DNA from: a virus
Virus record (IMG/VR): IMGVR_UViG_3300045988_146774
Coordinates: 64,001 to 128,000 of that record
Reading direction: 5' to 3' (one strand)
DNA length: 64,000 bases
The notes below the pieces were generated by a model. The model was not told the DNA's origin and made no database searches. It saw only the letters and a program-made list of their open reading frames with translations. Positions 1 through 9,631 of the stretch are shown here, piece after piece. The position numbers and the translations under genes are program-made. Position 1 is the stretch's first letter, and the number at the start of each line of letters is the position of its first letter.

Positions 1-203
1 GAGATAAAAAAATTTCTCCAAAAGAAGCATTTGATAAATTATCAAAGCTAGATCTTTCTGATTTAGATAATTTTGAAAAAGTTACAAAGAAACAGATCGA
101 AGAGATTTTTAACTCTCAAAAATCTGCCACAAAAAACACTGCATCAAAAAAGTCAAAAATTGATACCAGTGCAGCAAAAGAAAATAATAAGCCAGTAAAT
201 TAA
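1..203 (+). CDS. hypothetical protein, C-terminal fragment (gene starts left of window)
   Basis: The frame with codons starting at nt 3 is open from the window edge to TAA 201-203. Lys/Ser/Ala-rich tail (..SKKSKIDTSAAKENNKPVN). No start codon in window. Confidence 0.4.
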   Translation, partial: DKKISPKEAFDKLSKLDLSDLDNFEKVTKKQIEEIFNSQKSATKNTASKKSKIDTSAAKENNKPVN

Positions 204-277
204 TTATATAGGGAATATATCAATTATGCTGGTATGTTCCCTATTTTTTACGCTTAATAAGGATTGAAAGGATTAAT

Positions 278-505
278 ATGGATTTTGAAATTAGTAAAAT
301 TAATGGTAAGAAATATCTTCTCAAAGATGTGTGTAGAATAAAAGATCCGAAGCAATATAAGTTGTATATTAAGCATGATGTATATCCTATTGATATGTAT
401 ACAACTCTTGATATGGATACAGGCGAAGATAAACTAATAATGTTGTTTTCAAGAGAAGAAAGTAGACCATTATATCTATTATGGAAGAATCATGAATTAA
501 AATGA
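278..505 (+). CDS. hypothetical protein (75 aa)
   Basis: ATG ORF. Its stop overlaps the next start (ATGA 502-505), suggesting coupled translation. No motif recognised. Confidence 0.5.
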   Translation: MDFEISKINGKKYLLKDVCRIKDPKQYKLYIKHDVYPIDMYTTLDMDTGEDKLIMLFSREESRPLYLLWKNHELK

Positions 506-741
506 AAAAATACAAAGAAAAAGAGAGTAAAAAATATGTAATCGCAGATTTATCAGAAAAGACAAATTACCTTTTTTCTAATAGAAATGGGAATTATAGT
601 TTTATTGATAATATTGCAGCGTGTACAAAATTTTTAAATAAAACTATTGCAGAAGACTTATGCAACGAATGTATGAGAAATTGCGGTGTGCAATTAGTTG
701 TTGTGCCTCTGTTGATTACATACGAGCTGATAGAGGAATAG
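502..741 (+). CDS. hypothetical protein (79 aa)
   Basis: ATG ORF coupled to the upstream ORF. Cys-containing, no motif recognised. Confidence 0.45.
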   Translation: MKKYKEKESKKYVIADLSEKTNYLFSNRNGNYSFIDNIAACTKFLNKTIAEDLCNECMRNCGVQLVVVPLLITYELIEE

Positions 742-857
742 GTTGCTAAAGACAATTAACATAAAAGTAAATGACATACCTGTGAGGACGAATTGGATGT
801 GAACAAAGAACAATAGTCAGGAAGGTCTACTACTCTCCTATTCAGATTGGAGAAATT

Positions 858-1160
858 ATGAAAAAATTGAATTTAAAAGGTGTTACATCTGAAGCGGTAG
901 CCGGTGTATTAATTTTAATCGTAGCACTTGTAAATGCCGTGTTACAAATGTTTGGATATAATACGCTTCCGATTGCTGATGCTGATGTTTCAGAAATTGT
1001 TTCTACTGTATTCTTAATTGGGGCTACATTATATAATACATGGAAAAACCGCAATATAAGTTCTGCTAGTCAGACAGGTCAGAAAGTTGTAGATGCGATT
1101 AAATCTGGAGAATTGCTTGCTGATGAAGTAGAAGAATTATTGGCGAAAGTTCGTAAGTAG
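858..1160 (+). CDS. putative holin (small Gram-positive phage holin, Phage_holin_1/SPP1-like)
   Basis: 100 aa with two hydrophobic helices (AVAGVLILIVALVNAVLQMF; IVSTVFLIGATLY), then NTWKNRNISSAS and a charged tail. This layout and the WKN-N motif match staphylococcal/SPP1-type holins as I recall them. GGAGA RBS lies just upstream. Confidence 0.6.
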   Translation: MKKLNLKGVTSEAVAGVLILIVALVNAVLQMFGYNTLPIADADVSEIVSTVFLIGATLYNTWKNRNISSASQTGQKVVDAIKSGELLADEVEELLAKVRK

Positions 1161-1183
1161 TCAGAAAGGTATGGTGCTTATGA

Positions 1184-1786
1184 ATGGATGCAATCAGACC
1201 AATTATGGAAATTGATTATGTTAAATTAATTACACAATTATGTTTAATTATTATTGGACTTAATTATTTCATACCTATTTGTAAAAATCTGTTTTTTAAA
1301 ATACTTGGAATTGAAACAAAATTTCAACGTGAAAAGAAAGAACAAAAAAATTTACTAGAAGAAACTGTGCAGAAAGTAACAGAATTAAGTGATAAATTTA
1401 ATAAAGCTTCAAATAATACAGATCATTTGTTTGAAGAAAAATTGGTTAAATTTTATACTCCGTACAGGCAACAGTCTATGGACATTCAGAAAGATTTGAA
1501 AGAATCTATAGATCTTTTAACAAAAGCAGATATTACAAGATCAGAACAAATTGAGTCTTTGATGGTTGGCACAAAGGAGTTGCTAGGAGATACCATAGAT
1601 AAAAAGTATGAAAAATATATCCGTTTAAAAGGTATCCCTTCTGATGAAGTTGACGAATTTAATTCTGTTTACGAGGCATATCGGAAGCTTAAGGGCAATC
1701 ACAACAGAGAGAAAAAGTATAATTATGTAACAAATAATTTACCAATTATACCAGTAACAACTTTATATAATAATGATCAAGAATAA
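1184..1786 (+). CDS. membrane-anchored coiled-coil protein (hypothetical)
   Basis: 200-aa ORF with an N-terminal hydrophobic segment (ITQLCLIIIGLNYFIPI) followed by a Lys/Glu-rich helical region. No catalytic motif. Confidence 0.5.
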   Translation: MDAIRPIMEIDYVKLITQLCLIIIGLNYFIPICKNLFFKILGIETKFQREKKEQKNLLEETVQKVTELSDKFNKASNNTDHLFEEKLVKFYTPYRQQSMDIQKDLKESIDLLTKADITRSEQIESLMVGTKELLGDTIDKKYEKYIRLKGIPSDEVDEFNSVYEAYRKLKGNHNREKKYNYVTNNLPIIPVTTLYNNDQE

Positions 1787-1835
1787 ACTAACAATGAATG
1801 ACCGGTTTCAAGCGAAGCCGGTCAATTAAATGTCT

Positions 1836-1873
1836 TTGCCATATATGTTCAGTCATATGGCAAGGGCATTTTT
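1836..1873 (+). terminator. rho-independent terminator-like hairpin
   Basis: ttgccatat (1836-1844) pairs with atatggcaa (1855-1863), followed by gggcattttt. It is flanked by two further hairpins (1800-1823 and 1878-1908). Confidence 0.5.
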
Positions 1874-1952
1874 AATTGGGGAGTAGACCAGACTGAACAC
1901 TACTCTCCTGCTCTTATGAAAGGAATGATAAATTATTAAATTAACTTTAGAT

Positions 1953-2363
1953 ATGGATGTTATAGATAAATATAATGCATATTATTTTTCTCAACATCCA
2001 AGGGCAAAAAAGAAACAAATAGAACATCCGTACCATCCGTCAATAAATGTTTGGAGTATAAAACCGAGAATACAAATGAACGCATTAAAACAAACTTGGA
2101 AGCAATTTATAATGTGGTGGATAAAAGATTTAGGTTATGAAAATCTTGGGTTAGACAATGTTGAAATTGAATATGACATTTATCATCCTACAAAACGAAG
2201 GACTGATCCAGATAATTATTCACCAAAATTTATACATGATGGATTTGTTGAATCTGGTTTTTTAGTAGATGATGACAGAGAACATTTACATAGTTTGACT
2301 ATCCGATGTCATGTGGATAAAGATAATCCAAGGACAGAAATAAATATTATAGAAAAGAAATAG
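1953..2363 (+). CDS. RusA-like Holliday-junction resolvase (putative)
   Basis: 136 aa. KRRTDPDNYSPKFIHDGFVESGFLVDDD matches the RusA signature RRxDxDN...D....G...DD as I recall it from E. coli RusA. Confidence 0.55.
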   Translation: MDVIDKYNAYYFSQHPRAKKKQIEHPYHPSINVWSIKPRIQMNALKQTWKQFIMWWIKDLGYENLGLDNVEIEYDIYHPTKRRTDPDNYSPKFIHDGFVESGFLVDDDREHLHSLTIRCHVDKDNPRTEINIIEKK

Positions 2364-2438
2364 ATAACTGTTTACTTCTCTTCTATTTGGTGATACTCTA
2401 AGAATACAAAATCATAAAGTATTCAAGGAGGTCTTACT

Positions 2439-2789
2439 ATGGCAAGAGGCAAACGTAAGGTTGCGGAAAGAGATTATGAAAAACTAATTTCTTCGACAAA
2501 AGAATGTATTGAGAAACTTGAAACGAAATCTGTAGAGATTAGAGAAGAATTAAAATCTAAAAAAGATGAATTAAAAAAGCTCGAAAAGGATTTCAAAAGT
2601 TATAAGATTCAGAAAGCCGAAGAAGAAAAGCGTCAACAGACACAAGAACTTGCCAAATTACTCATGGAGTCTTGTTTGAGTTTAGACGAAATTAAAGAAA
2701 AACTTGTTAAGAATACTAAAAAGAAAACAGAAAAAGCAGAAAACGTTAAGTCTGTTGAGAAAACAGATGAACAAAAAGAAACTGCATAG
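2439..2789 (+). CDS. Lys/Glu-rich coiled-coil protein (hypothetical)
   Basis: 116-aa ORF with AAGGAGG RBS. Highly charged heptad-like sequence. Confidence 0.5.
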   Translation: MARGKRKVAERDYEKLISSTKECIEKLETKSVEIREELKSKKDELKKLEKDFKSYKIQKAEEEKRQQTQELAKLLMESCLSLDEIKEKLVKNTKKKTEKAENVKSVEKTDEQKETA

Positions 2790-2871
2790 ATATAGAGAAT
2801 ATATAAGAGTCTGGAAACAGGCTCTTATTTTTGTGTAGAAAATTATGGAATAAAAGGAGATTGAATATTTT

Positions 2872-3522
2872 ATGAAAAAGACAGAACTGAAAATCAAAGA
2901 TATCATTACACTCAAAGACAAGATTCGTGCAATCGAGGCAATTTCAGATTCTTGTTTTGTAGATGGGGATTACACTCCTTACTTCTTAGAAAGTAATACC
3001 ATTGAATATATGGCTATTTATTTTATTGAAGGATTTGAATTAGAAGCCGGTGATGATTTATATAGTCTTATTATGGGTGATTCAGAATTCAATTCTCTCA
3101 TCATGAAATTTTTCTGGAATGAAGATTTGACCGATGAAGAAAATCAGAAAAATATGGAATACATTTCTATTCAGAATTTCGTATCAAAGAATGTCGCCAC
3201 AATTGTCGATTATAGAAAACAGCGAATGATTCATTGTGCTGATATTAAAGAGAATCTTTTCAAATCATTAGATGAAATTGGAGAATCTATCGTGCAGATT
3301 AATGATAACCTTGCTCTCGCTGCTAAACCAGTTTTAGAGAATCCATATTTTGCTAAGAAAGCAATTAGTGTTTTAAGTAAACTGGATGCAAAAGATGTTG
3401 TTAATAAAGAAGCGATTGTTGATATTGTAATGGATGTTGCAAAGAAAAGTGGTGCTTTTAGAAAACCGAAAAATCCGAAAAAAGACTTGCATGTTGTTGA
3501 AAATGAACAGAAAACAAAATAG
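2872..3522 (+). CDS. hypothetical protein (possible tail assembly chaperone, by position only)
   Basis: 216-aa ORF with AAGGAGA RBS, located two genes upstream of the tape-measure gene. No motif recognised. Confidence 0.45.
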   Translation: MKKTELKIKDIITLKDKIRAIEAISDSCFVDGDYTPYFLESNTIEYMAIYFIEGFELEAGDDLYSLIMGDSEFNSLIMKFFWNEDLTDEENQKNMEYISIQNFVSKNVATIVDYRKQRMIHCADIKENLFKSLDEIGESIVQINDNLALAAKPVLENPYFAKKAISVLSKLDAKDVVNKEAIVDIVMDVAKKSGAFRKPKNPKKDLHVVENEQKTK

Positions 3523-3537
3523 ATAAAATGTTTAAAT

Positions 3538-3569
3538 CCTCTGGCAGTTATATGTCAGGGGATTTTTTA
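3538..3569 (+). terminator. rho-independent terminator-like hairpin
   Basis: cctctg (3538-3543) pairs with cagggg (3556-3561), followed by attttttaattt. Confidence 0.5.
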
Positions 3570-3581
3570 ATTTGAGGTGAT

Positions 3582-4043
3582 ATGATGGGAAACCCATTTT
3601 TTGAGATTGCTAATAAACTGAGAAAAGCACCGAACGAAATATGTAATATAGCAATTCCAAAATTACAACCGGATGCAGATCAATCATTGCAAAGGGCTAT
3701 AGATAATTATTATAGCTTTTGGGGTGGAGTTATGTATTCACGAACAGGTAATTTTAGAAACTGGACTGCGAAATTACAACATAACGGCGGTGGAAATTGT
3801 TCATTAATTTTAGATAATGGAGCCATGAGCGATTATCATTCAATTATTGGTGGGAGTCCATTGACACAAGAAGGCGCAATGCAACTTATGTTCAAGGGTG
3901 GTGAACATGGTCATGGAAGATTCCAAGCCGGTGTTTCTACTCCACCTCATGATTTAGTAGAACGAGATGTTCAAAGTGGATTTAATGGAAAATTATCAAT
4001 TTATATAAACCAGGCGATTGATCAAGTCCTGGGTAGTTTATAG
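3582..4043 (+). CDS. hypothetical protein (153 aa) immediately upstream of the tape-measure gene
   Basis: GAGGTGA RBS then ATGATG. Gly/His-rich C-terminal half. No motif recognised. Confidence 0.5.
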   Translation: MMGNPFFEIANKLRKAPNEICNIAIPKLQPDADQSLQRAIDNYYSFWGGVMYSRTGNFRNWTAKLQHNGGGNCSLILDNGAMSDYHSIIGGSPLTQEGAMQLMFKGGEHGHGRFQAGVSTPPHDLVERDVQSGFNGKLSIYINQAIDQVLGSL

Positions 4044-4054
4044 GAGGTGATCGT

Positions 4055-5983
4055 TTGGCACAAGACGTATTAGATTTTAAAGTCAATATAGAAACAGAGA
4101 ATGCTGCTACTAAAATGGAAACTCTTGGTACTATGTATGACGAAATCAAAAATAAAATGGAGAAAGATAAAATTACTCCACAAATTGATTTATCGAAGGT
4201 CAAATCACAAGTCAAAGAGGTTCAAAATTTATTTTCAAATGCTGGAAAAGGCTCTGGCAAAAAGATAGATCTTTCTAATTTATTTACGGTTGATCCAAAA
4301 TCTTTTGATAAGGCAATGAGTTCTTTCTTCTCAAAAATGGATAAACAAATGAAGAGTCGTGCTTCCAAAGTAAGTAAAGATCAATCTGATCTTGCTAAAT
4401 TAATGGCAGCTGACAAAGCAAGTTCTTATCCGTATGCAGATGAGTTAAATGCCAAGAATCAAAAGCTTCTGAGACAATATTCTCGGCAAAATGTTTCCGG
4501 AGAAGATAGGAAGAATTTAGAGACTGCCATGAATCTTCAAGCACAAGTAGAGACATATCAGAAGCGAATGGCAAAAAGTATTTCGGATAATAATTTAGAA
4601 GCTGCAATTGCCGATTATGATAAATGGGCTTCATCTGTTGAGCAGTTAAATTCCGTATTGTCCATTCTTGGTAATACAATGGAAAAATCATTAGATACTT
4701 CTGCTGTTGATACCGCTATTTCTAAAGTCGAAAAATATAGAGACAGTCTGAAGAATGTTAGTGATGAGCAAAATAAAATGCTTGATAAAGTTACCAATAT
4801 GTACAATCAAGAAGGACTGACTCGAAGTGAAAAAATCAATGCGGACAAAGAGTTTCAGCAAGTTAAAAATGAGATCGCACATCAGAATAAATTAGCTGAA
4901 ATTCAAAGGGAAGCTTATTCTGGTAAATATTCTCTCACTTCTGCTAAGGCAGATACTTTCTTATCCAGATACAATGGACAAAGCTCTGAAGTTTTAAATA
5001 GAGCAAGGGCTGAGTTGGCTGAATATAAGAAAATATCTGAAGAGGTTGTTGCTCTATCTGATAAGAAGATTAAGGGAGAATTAATTGATACTTCCGGACT
5101 TGAAGAAAGTAAAGTTAAATTAGAAGAATGTGGCGAACGAATGAAGAATGTTCTCGAAGAAGTTCGTGTCGCTGAAAGTAAAACTCTTGATCCAAAGATA
5201 GCAACTTCTTCTGCTAACAGCGTTCAGAAGTATATGAATGACAATACAAAAGCTTTAAAGAAATATAAAGCTGAGTTTGAATCTGTCAGAGATATGTATA
5301 AGAACGCCACTACTGTTGGTGAAAAAAATACAGCGGATGTTGAATTTAAAAGATTGAAGTCTGCTGTTTCTGCTGAAGGATTGAATGGAAAAGGCTTATT
5401 CGGAAACTTAAGACAATCTTTTTCACAGTTATCTAAATTCAGCGGTGTTTGGGCTATGGCTCAAGGTGCTGTTGTTGATATTCCGAGACAAATTATGTCT
5501 GCTGTGACAGAAATTAATTCTGCACAGATTGAATTGAGAAAAGTTAGCAGTGCATCTGATAGTCAGTTGTCACAGTATTGGAATCAAGCTGCGGAAAGTG
5601 CCAAAAAATATGGTGCTACTGTTAGTGATGTTATTAGTAGCACTGCGGATTGGTCAAAACAGGGATATGGTCTAGATGATGCTAAGAAACTTTCTGATAT
5701 CACAACCTTGTATCAGAAAGTTGGAGACAATATGACGCAAGAAACTGCTTCGCAGAGTTTGGTTTCTACATTACAAGGTTTTAATATGCAAGCTGATCAA
5801 GCTGAATCTATTGTTGATAAGTCCAATGAGGTGGCAAACAATTATGCAATAGGATCAGATGGTATTGGAGAAGCTTTGCAGAGAAGTGCTGCATCATTTA
5901 ATGCTGCACACACAGATATTTCAAAGTCAATTGCTTTGATTACTGGAACCAATACAACACTTCAAGACCCGCAACGTGTCGGT
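4055..5983 (+). CDS. tail tape measure protein, exon 1 of 4
   Basis: TTG start 4 nt after GGAGGTGA. Long coiled-coil N-terminal region, then the TP901-type TMP core (..NYAIGSDGIGEALQRSAASF..ALITGTNTTLQDPQRVG). The conserved core motif breaks after GGT 5981-5983 and resumes at 7345 (NMWKTVSARLRG). The ORF-track tail CKHIADYY.. is intron read-through. Confidence 0.85.
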
Positions 5984-7344
5984 TGTAAACATATTGCCGA
6001 CTATTACAGTAATGTAATAAAAATAAAAGTGGCTATATCGGTTAATGTCCAGAAGTGGACAAGACCGAGGAAAGACTTGTATATTTTCGAAGCATATCAA
6101 TTAGGAAGGGTATGCTTTTATTAATTATAAAATTAAAATTAAGGAGATAAAATGCCAAGAAAAGGTAGTAAAACTGGATATACGATAAAATGTGAAAATT
6201 GTGGAAAAGAAATATATCAAACAAAAACTCAGTACAATAGAGCAAAGCATCATTTTTGTAGTAATAAATGTCAAAAGGATTTTCAACATAGACAACTATA
6301 TGAAAATAGAAAATGTCCGATATGTGGCTCCTTATTTGAAATAAGCAAGAAATCAAAACAAAAATTTTGTTCAACTAAATGTCAGAATGAATGGCAGAAA
6401 ACAAATACTGGTGAAAATAATGTTAGATTTAAAGGTTCTATCTGTAATTGCGATTGGTGTAATAAAAGGATAACAATTGGAAAGTCAAATATGGAAAGAT
6501 TTTCTAATCATTTTTGTTCTAATAAATGTAGACAAGCATGGTACTCAAATATTTATTCACAAAATGATACATGGAAAGAAGAATCTAGAATTCGAGCAGT
6601 TAAACTTTTAGAAGAAAGAAAAATAGATACAAATACAAAACCACAGATTATAATAAATAACTTGCTTGATGAATTGCAAATAAATTATATAAATGAAAAA
6701 AATTTGAAATATTATTCATTAGATAATTATTTAAAAGATAATAATTTGGCAATTGAAGTTATGGGAGATTTTTGGCATACCAATCCAATTGTGTATAATG
6801 AATTCCCATCAAAAGAAATACAAATAAAGAGAATATCAAAAGATAAAGCAAAACATACATATATTAAAAAATATTTTGACTATGAAATTTTATATTTATG
6901 GGAAAGTGATATTTATAAAAACTTGAACGTATGTAAAAAATTAATACAAAAATATATAAAAGAAAATGATCATTTACAAAATTATCATTCTTTCAATTAT
7001 CATATCGAAAATAATAATCTTATTTTAAATTCAAAAATAATTTACCCATATTTTGAAAAAGAATTAGTAGCATAGACTAATGCCTAATCATTTGGTTATG
7101 TGAAAAAGAAAATATACAAGAATCCGTAACGACTGTAACACTTTATATGGTAACATATAAAGTTTCGCCACTCTCCTATTAATATAGGATGAAGATCCAG
7201 TCTGAACTGTCAATAGACACTTCTATGAATTATTTCATAGTCGCCACGCTATAACTTAATGAAACGTGGGAATTAGCCAGAAATGACTAATCGCTATATT
7301 TAATATAGTCAGTACCATCTCACAAATGGGAAAGTAACAGGAAG
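5984..7344 (+). mobile_element. group I intron 1 (with homing-endonuclease ORF)
   Basis: P1: exon gtcggt 5978-5983 pairs with gccgac 5996-6001 (U.G at the splice site). P10: acatatt 5989-5995 pairs 7/7 with 3' exon aatatgt 7345-7351. The intron ends in G7344. P7: gactg 7131-7135 with cagtc 7198-7202. J8/7-like gaagatccagtc is present. Removal restores the frame and the TMP core motif. Confidence 0.8.
6152..7075 (+). CDS. intron-encoded homing endonuclease, zinc-ribbon repeats + Vsr-like/PD-(D/E)xK nuclease domain
   Basis: AAGGAGA RBS. Three CxxC...FCSxKC zinc-ribbon repeats at the N-terminus. The C-terminal segment LAIEVMGDFWHTNP...KDKAKH...ILYLWESDI resembles the Vsr/DUF559-type nuclease core (..GCFWH....WE..). 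It lies wholly inside intron 1. Confidence 0.7.
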   Translation: MPRKGSKTGYTIKCENCGKEIYQTKTQYNRAKHHFCSNKCQKDFQHRQLYENRKCPICGSLFEISKKSKQKFCSTKCQNEWQKTNTGENNVRFKGSICNCDWCNKRITIGKSNMERFSNHFCSNKCRQAWYSNIYSQNDTWKEESRIRAVKLLEERKIDTNTKPQIIINNLLDELQINYINEKNLKYYSLDNYLKDNNLAIEVMGDFWHTNPIVYNEFPSKEIQIKRISKDKAKHTYIKKYFDYEILYLWESDIYKNLNVCKKLIQKYIKENDHLQNYHSFNYHIENNNLILNSKIIYPYFEKELVA

Positions 7345-7923
7345 AATATGTGGAAAACGGTTAGCGCAAGATTGCGTGGTTCAGAATCTGAACTTAGTGC
7401 TATGGGTGAAGACACAGATGGTCTTGTAACCTCTACATCTAAGCTTCAGGCAAAAGTCAAAGCACTTACTGGTGGCTTTGACATTATGAAAGATAAAGAT
7501 ACATATAAAGATATCTATGATATTGTAGTTGGAATTGGTGAAGCATTTCCAAAGATGAATGACATAAATCGTGCTAGTTTGCTTGAACTTTTAGCAGGGA
7601 AAAACCAGTCAAATGCCCTCGCAGCAGCACTTCAGAACGTTGATGTGATAAAGAAGGCTTACAACACGGCTGCCAATGAATCAGAAGGATCTGCCGAAAA
7701 AGAATTTGACAATTATAAAAAATCGATCGATTATTCTATTCAAAATTTTAAGGCGCAGTTCCAATCTTTCTCATCATCCTTAGTATCATCTGACTTTGTA
7801 AAAGGAATTGTTGATAGTGGATCATCGGCACTTAATATCATTACGCAACTCATAGATAAAGTAGGCTTATTGAAAACTGCCTTCGCTACATTCGCTGGCG
7901 TAAAACTTTTCAAAAACTTAGAT
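7345..7923 (+). CDS. tail tape measure protein, exon 2 of 4 (3' end provisional: 7923, alternatively 7932)
   Basis: Continues the TMP core (NMWKTVSARLRGSESELSAMGEDTDGL...). The frame matches exon 1 across the 5983/7345 junction. The ORF-track tail (..LFYLNWSLHT) is probably intron read-through. Both 7923 and 7932 end in U and keep the frame with exon 3 at 12410. Confidence 0.7.
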
Positions 7924-8340
7924 TTGTTTTATCTAAACTGGTCACTTCATACATAAGAATATAACGAAAATGGTGTTGTAAACAAGTGTGTGTTGTTAAC
8001 GTTTTAAAATTAGGAAGATTAATTGCTGGGAAGCCTAATGCTTAATGAGCTACAACATAGTCGGAAACGGCAAGTGTGAATGCGACGAAAGTAGAAAAAA
8101 TCATTAAGATGACATATGGTGAAATAAAAGGCATCGGGAAGATGCTCCTAAGTGTCTAGTATAAGGGCAAAGGTTATAATAACCGACTAACTGATCAGCA
8201 ACGCACTGTTATAGAGAATATATAGCTGTATAGCAGGACGCTCAGAGACTACCGATCTTCGAAGTCAATATGACCTTACAGTATTGACTTATAATGTATA
8301 GTCCAAGAAACAATATATGTTTTGTTATTACATATTCAAA
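7924..8340 (+). ncRNA. group I intron catalytic core (ORF-less)
   Basis: P3: gaagat 8014-8019 with atcttc 8255-8260. J3/4-P4 taattgctggg 8020-8030 resembles aaauugcgggaaa of Tetrahymena. P4: ttgctg 8023-8028 with cagcaa 8196-8201. P7: gacta 8247-8251 with tagtc 8299-8303. P8: aagtcaata 8262-8270 with tattgactt 8282-8290. J8/7-P7 aatgtatagtcc resembles the consensus aagauauaguc. Confidence 0.7.
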
Positions 8341-8562
8341 TAAAATAACACGATGCCTTCTATCCCATCGTTATTGGCAATGGATAGAGAATAAATAACT
8401 ATAAACAATAATGGAGATTAGAAAAATATCTAATCTCCAAAATATAATATCGTGTCTCAGACCAGTCATAGTTTGAGATGCATATATTATAAGATATTTT
8501 CCGATTTCTGTAAATGGATTATGGAGAATATACAATTAGCTTACAGAAAGTGAGTGGCAATC

Positions 8563-8599
8563 CCCAACGGAGCTTGTGATGGCTCCGAAGGGTTTTCTT
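8563..8599 (+). terminator. rho-independent terminator (+ strand) inside the intron-2 island
   Basis: ccc-aa-cggagc (8563-8573) pairs with gctccg-aa-ggg (8582-8592), followed by ttttctt. Confidence 0.55.
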
Positions 8600-8642
8600 A
8601 AAAAGGAGGAAATTAATGGAATGATTCACAAATTCAAGTTAA

Positions 8643-8840
8643 TTATTTATTATGTAGTGTGAACATACTATGTGACATCATTTTAGCAATTGCCTTAGCT
8701 TTTTCATCACTGATGTCATCCTTAAAAGCGATAAGGAAAACAGCAATAATTTTAGAAATCTCATGAAGAGAAACATAAAGCATAAACGGAATCACTAAAT
8801 AGATGTTGTTTAAAAGAATTCCAAAAAATTCTTTCAACAC
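8643..8840 (-). CDS. small membrane protein (65 aa, hypothetical)
   Basis: GTG start after AAGGAGGG. Two hydrophobic stretches (IYLVIPFMLYVSL; IIAVFLIAF). A hairpin at 8413-8438 downstream on the - strand could be its terminator. Confidence 0.45.
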   Translation of the reverse strand: MLKEFFGILLNNIYLVIPFMLYVSLHEISKIIAVFLIAFKDDISDEKAKAIAKMMSHSMFTLHNK

Positions 8841-9071
8841 TACCCTCCTTTCTGTAAGATTAATTATCTTATTGGAAAATCAGGCAGAATAGCCCATTAG
8901 ATTTCCATCGTGCCATTGTCTTACACTGGCACTACCACGTAAAGATATGGTTACGAAAATCCGTGGAACTAAGCATATTGTGGTCATATGCTGATTTTGT
9001 AACAAATACATTATACCATTTTGTCAAAATTTGGAAATCCAGAACATACATTCAGAAAATAAATTAAACGG

Positions 9072-9410
9072 CTAATTGTATAAATTTCGGATTTTATCTT
9101 TATATGCAAAAGCAAGCGCACCTAGAAATTGTGCATTTGATGGACATTTGTTTGGAATATAACCGAATATTGGTTTTAGAATATCTTTTTGTTCATTAAA
9201 AAGATGTCGCACGACTGTACGAATGTTTGATTCTACGACCATTGTAGATGTATGGAATTTCTTTGCAATGGAAGGATATATGTCTTTTGTGATAAGATAT
9301 ATCTCATCATCTTCCACTTCGTTAATTAATTCAATCGCATATTTGATATATCGGTATCCTTTGTACCTCCGACTTATGCGACAGATGAATAAAAAGTCAT
9401 CAATTTTCAT
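9072..9410 (-). CDS. Spo0A C-terminal (DNA-binding) domain protein lacking a receiver domain
   Basis: Start at the ATG of MKIDD.. preceded by GAGGTGA. KGYRYIKYAIEL, ITKDIYPSIAKKFHTSTMVVESNIRTVV and FGY...CPSNAQFLGALA follow the Spo0A_C pattern (KGYxYLRxAI..TKxLYPxIAxxxxTTxSRVERAIRHAI..FGY...KPTNSEFIA) as I recall it. Confidence 0.7.
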   Translation of the reverse strand: MKIDDFLFICRISRRYKGYRYIKYAIELINEVEDDEIYLITKDIYPSIAKKFHTSTMVVESNIRTVVRHLFNEQKDILKPIFGYIPNKCPSNAQFLGALAFAYKDKIRNLYN

Positions 9411-9591
9411 ATAAATCACCTCATAAGTAAAAGATGCATTAATAATATACCATATTTAGCATACATTTCAAGATGTGACGTGCTAAGATTGTGTTAAGAT
9501 ATTAGTGTTAAATGTGTCGAATGGCAAAAATCACAATAAAACTATTATATTTTTGTGTATTATTTGTGTAGCATTTTCCCCATGGAACGGG

Positions 9592-9597
9592 TATAAT
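9592..9597 (+). promoter_or_regulatory. candidate -10 box (TATAAT) for the repeat-RNA/toxin operon
   Basis: Perfect TATAAT about 35 nt upstream of the tandem repeats. No convincing -35 was seen. Confidence 0.3.
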
Positions 9598-9631
9598 ATA
9601 AGCAAGAAAACAAAAGTTTTCTTATATACGT

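Noticed and set aside
5984-6124. C-terminal tail of ORF 4055..6124 (..CKHIADYYSNVIKIKVAISVNVQKW..). The same applies to the tails of 7348..7956 (LFYLNWSLHT) and 12407..19312 (TLFALFV).
   Set aside because: These residues begin exactly where the P1-defined 5' splice sites fall, and they break the conserved TMP motif. They are read-through into intron sequence, not genuine C-termini.
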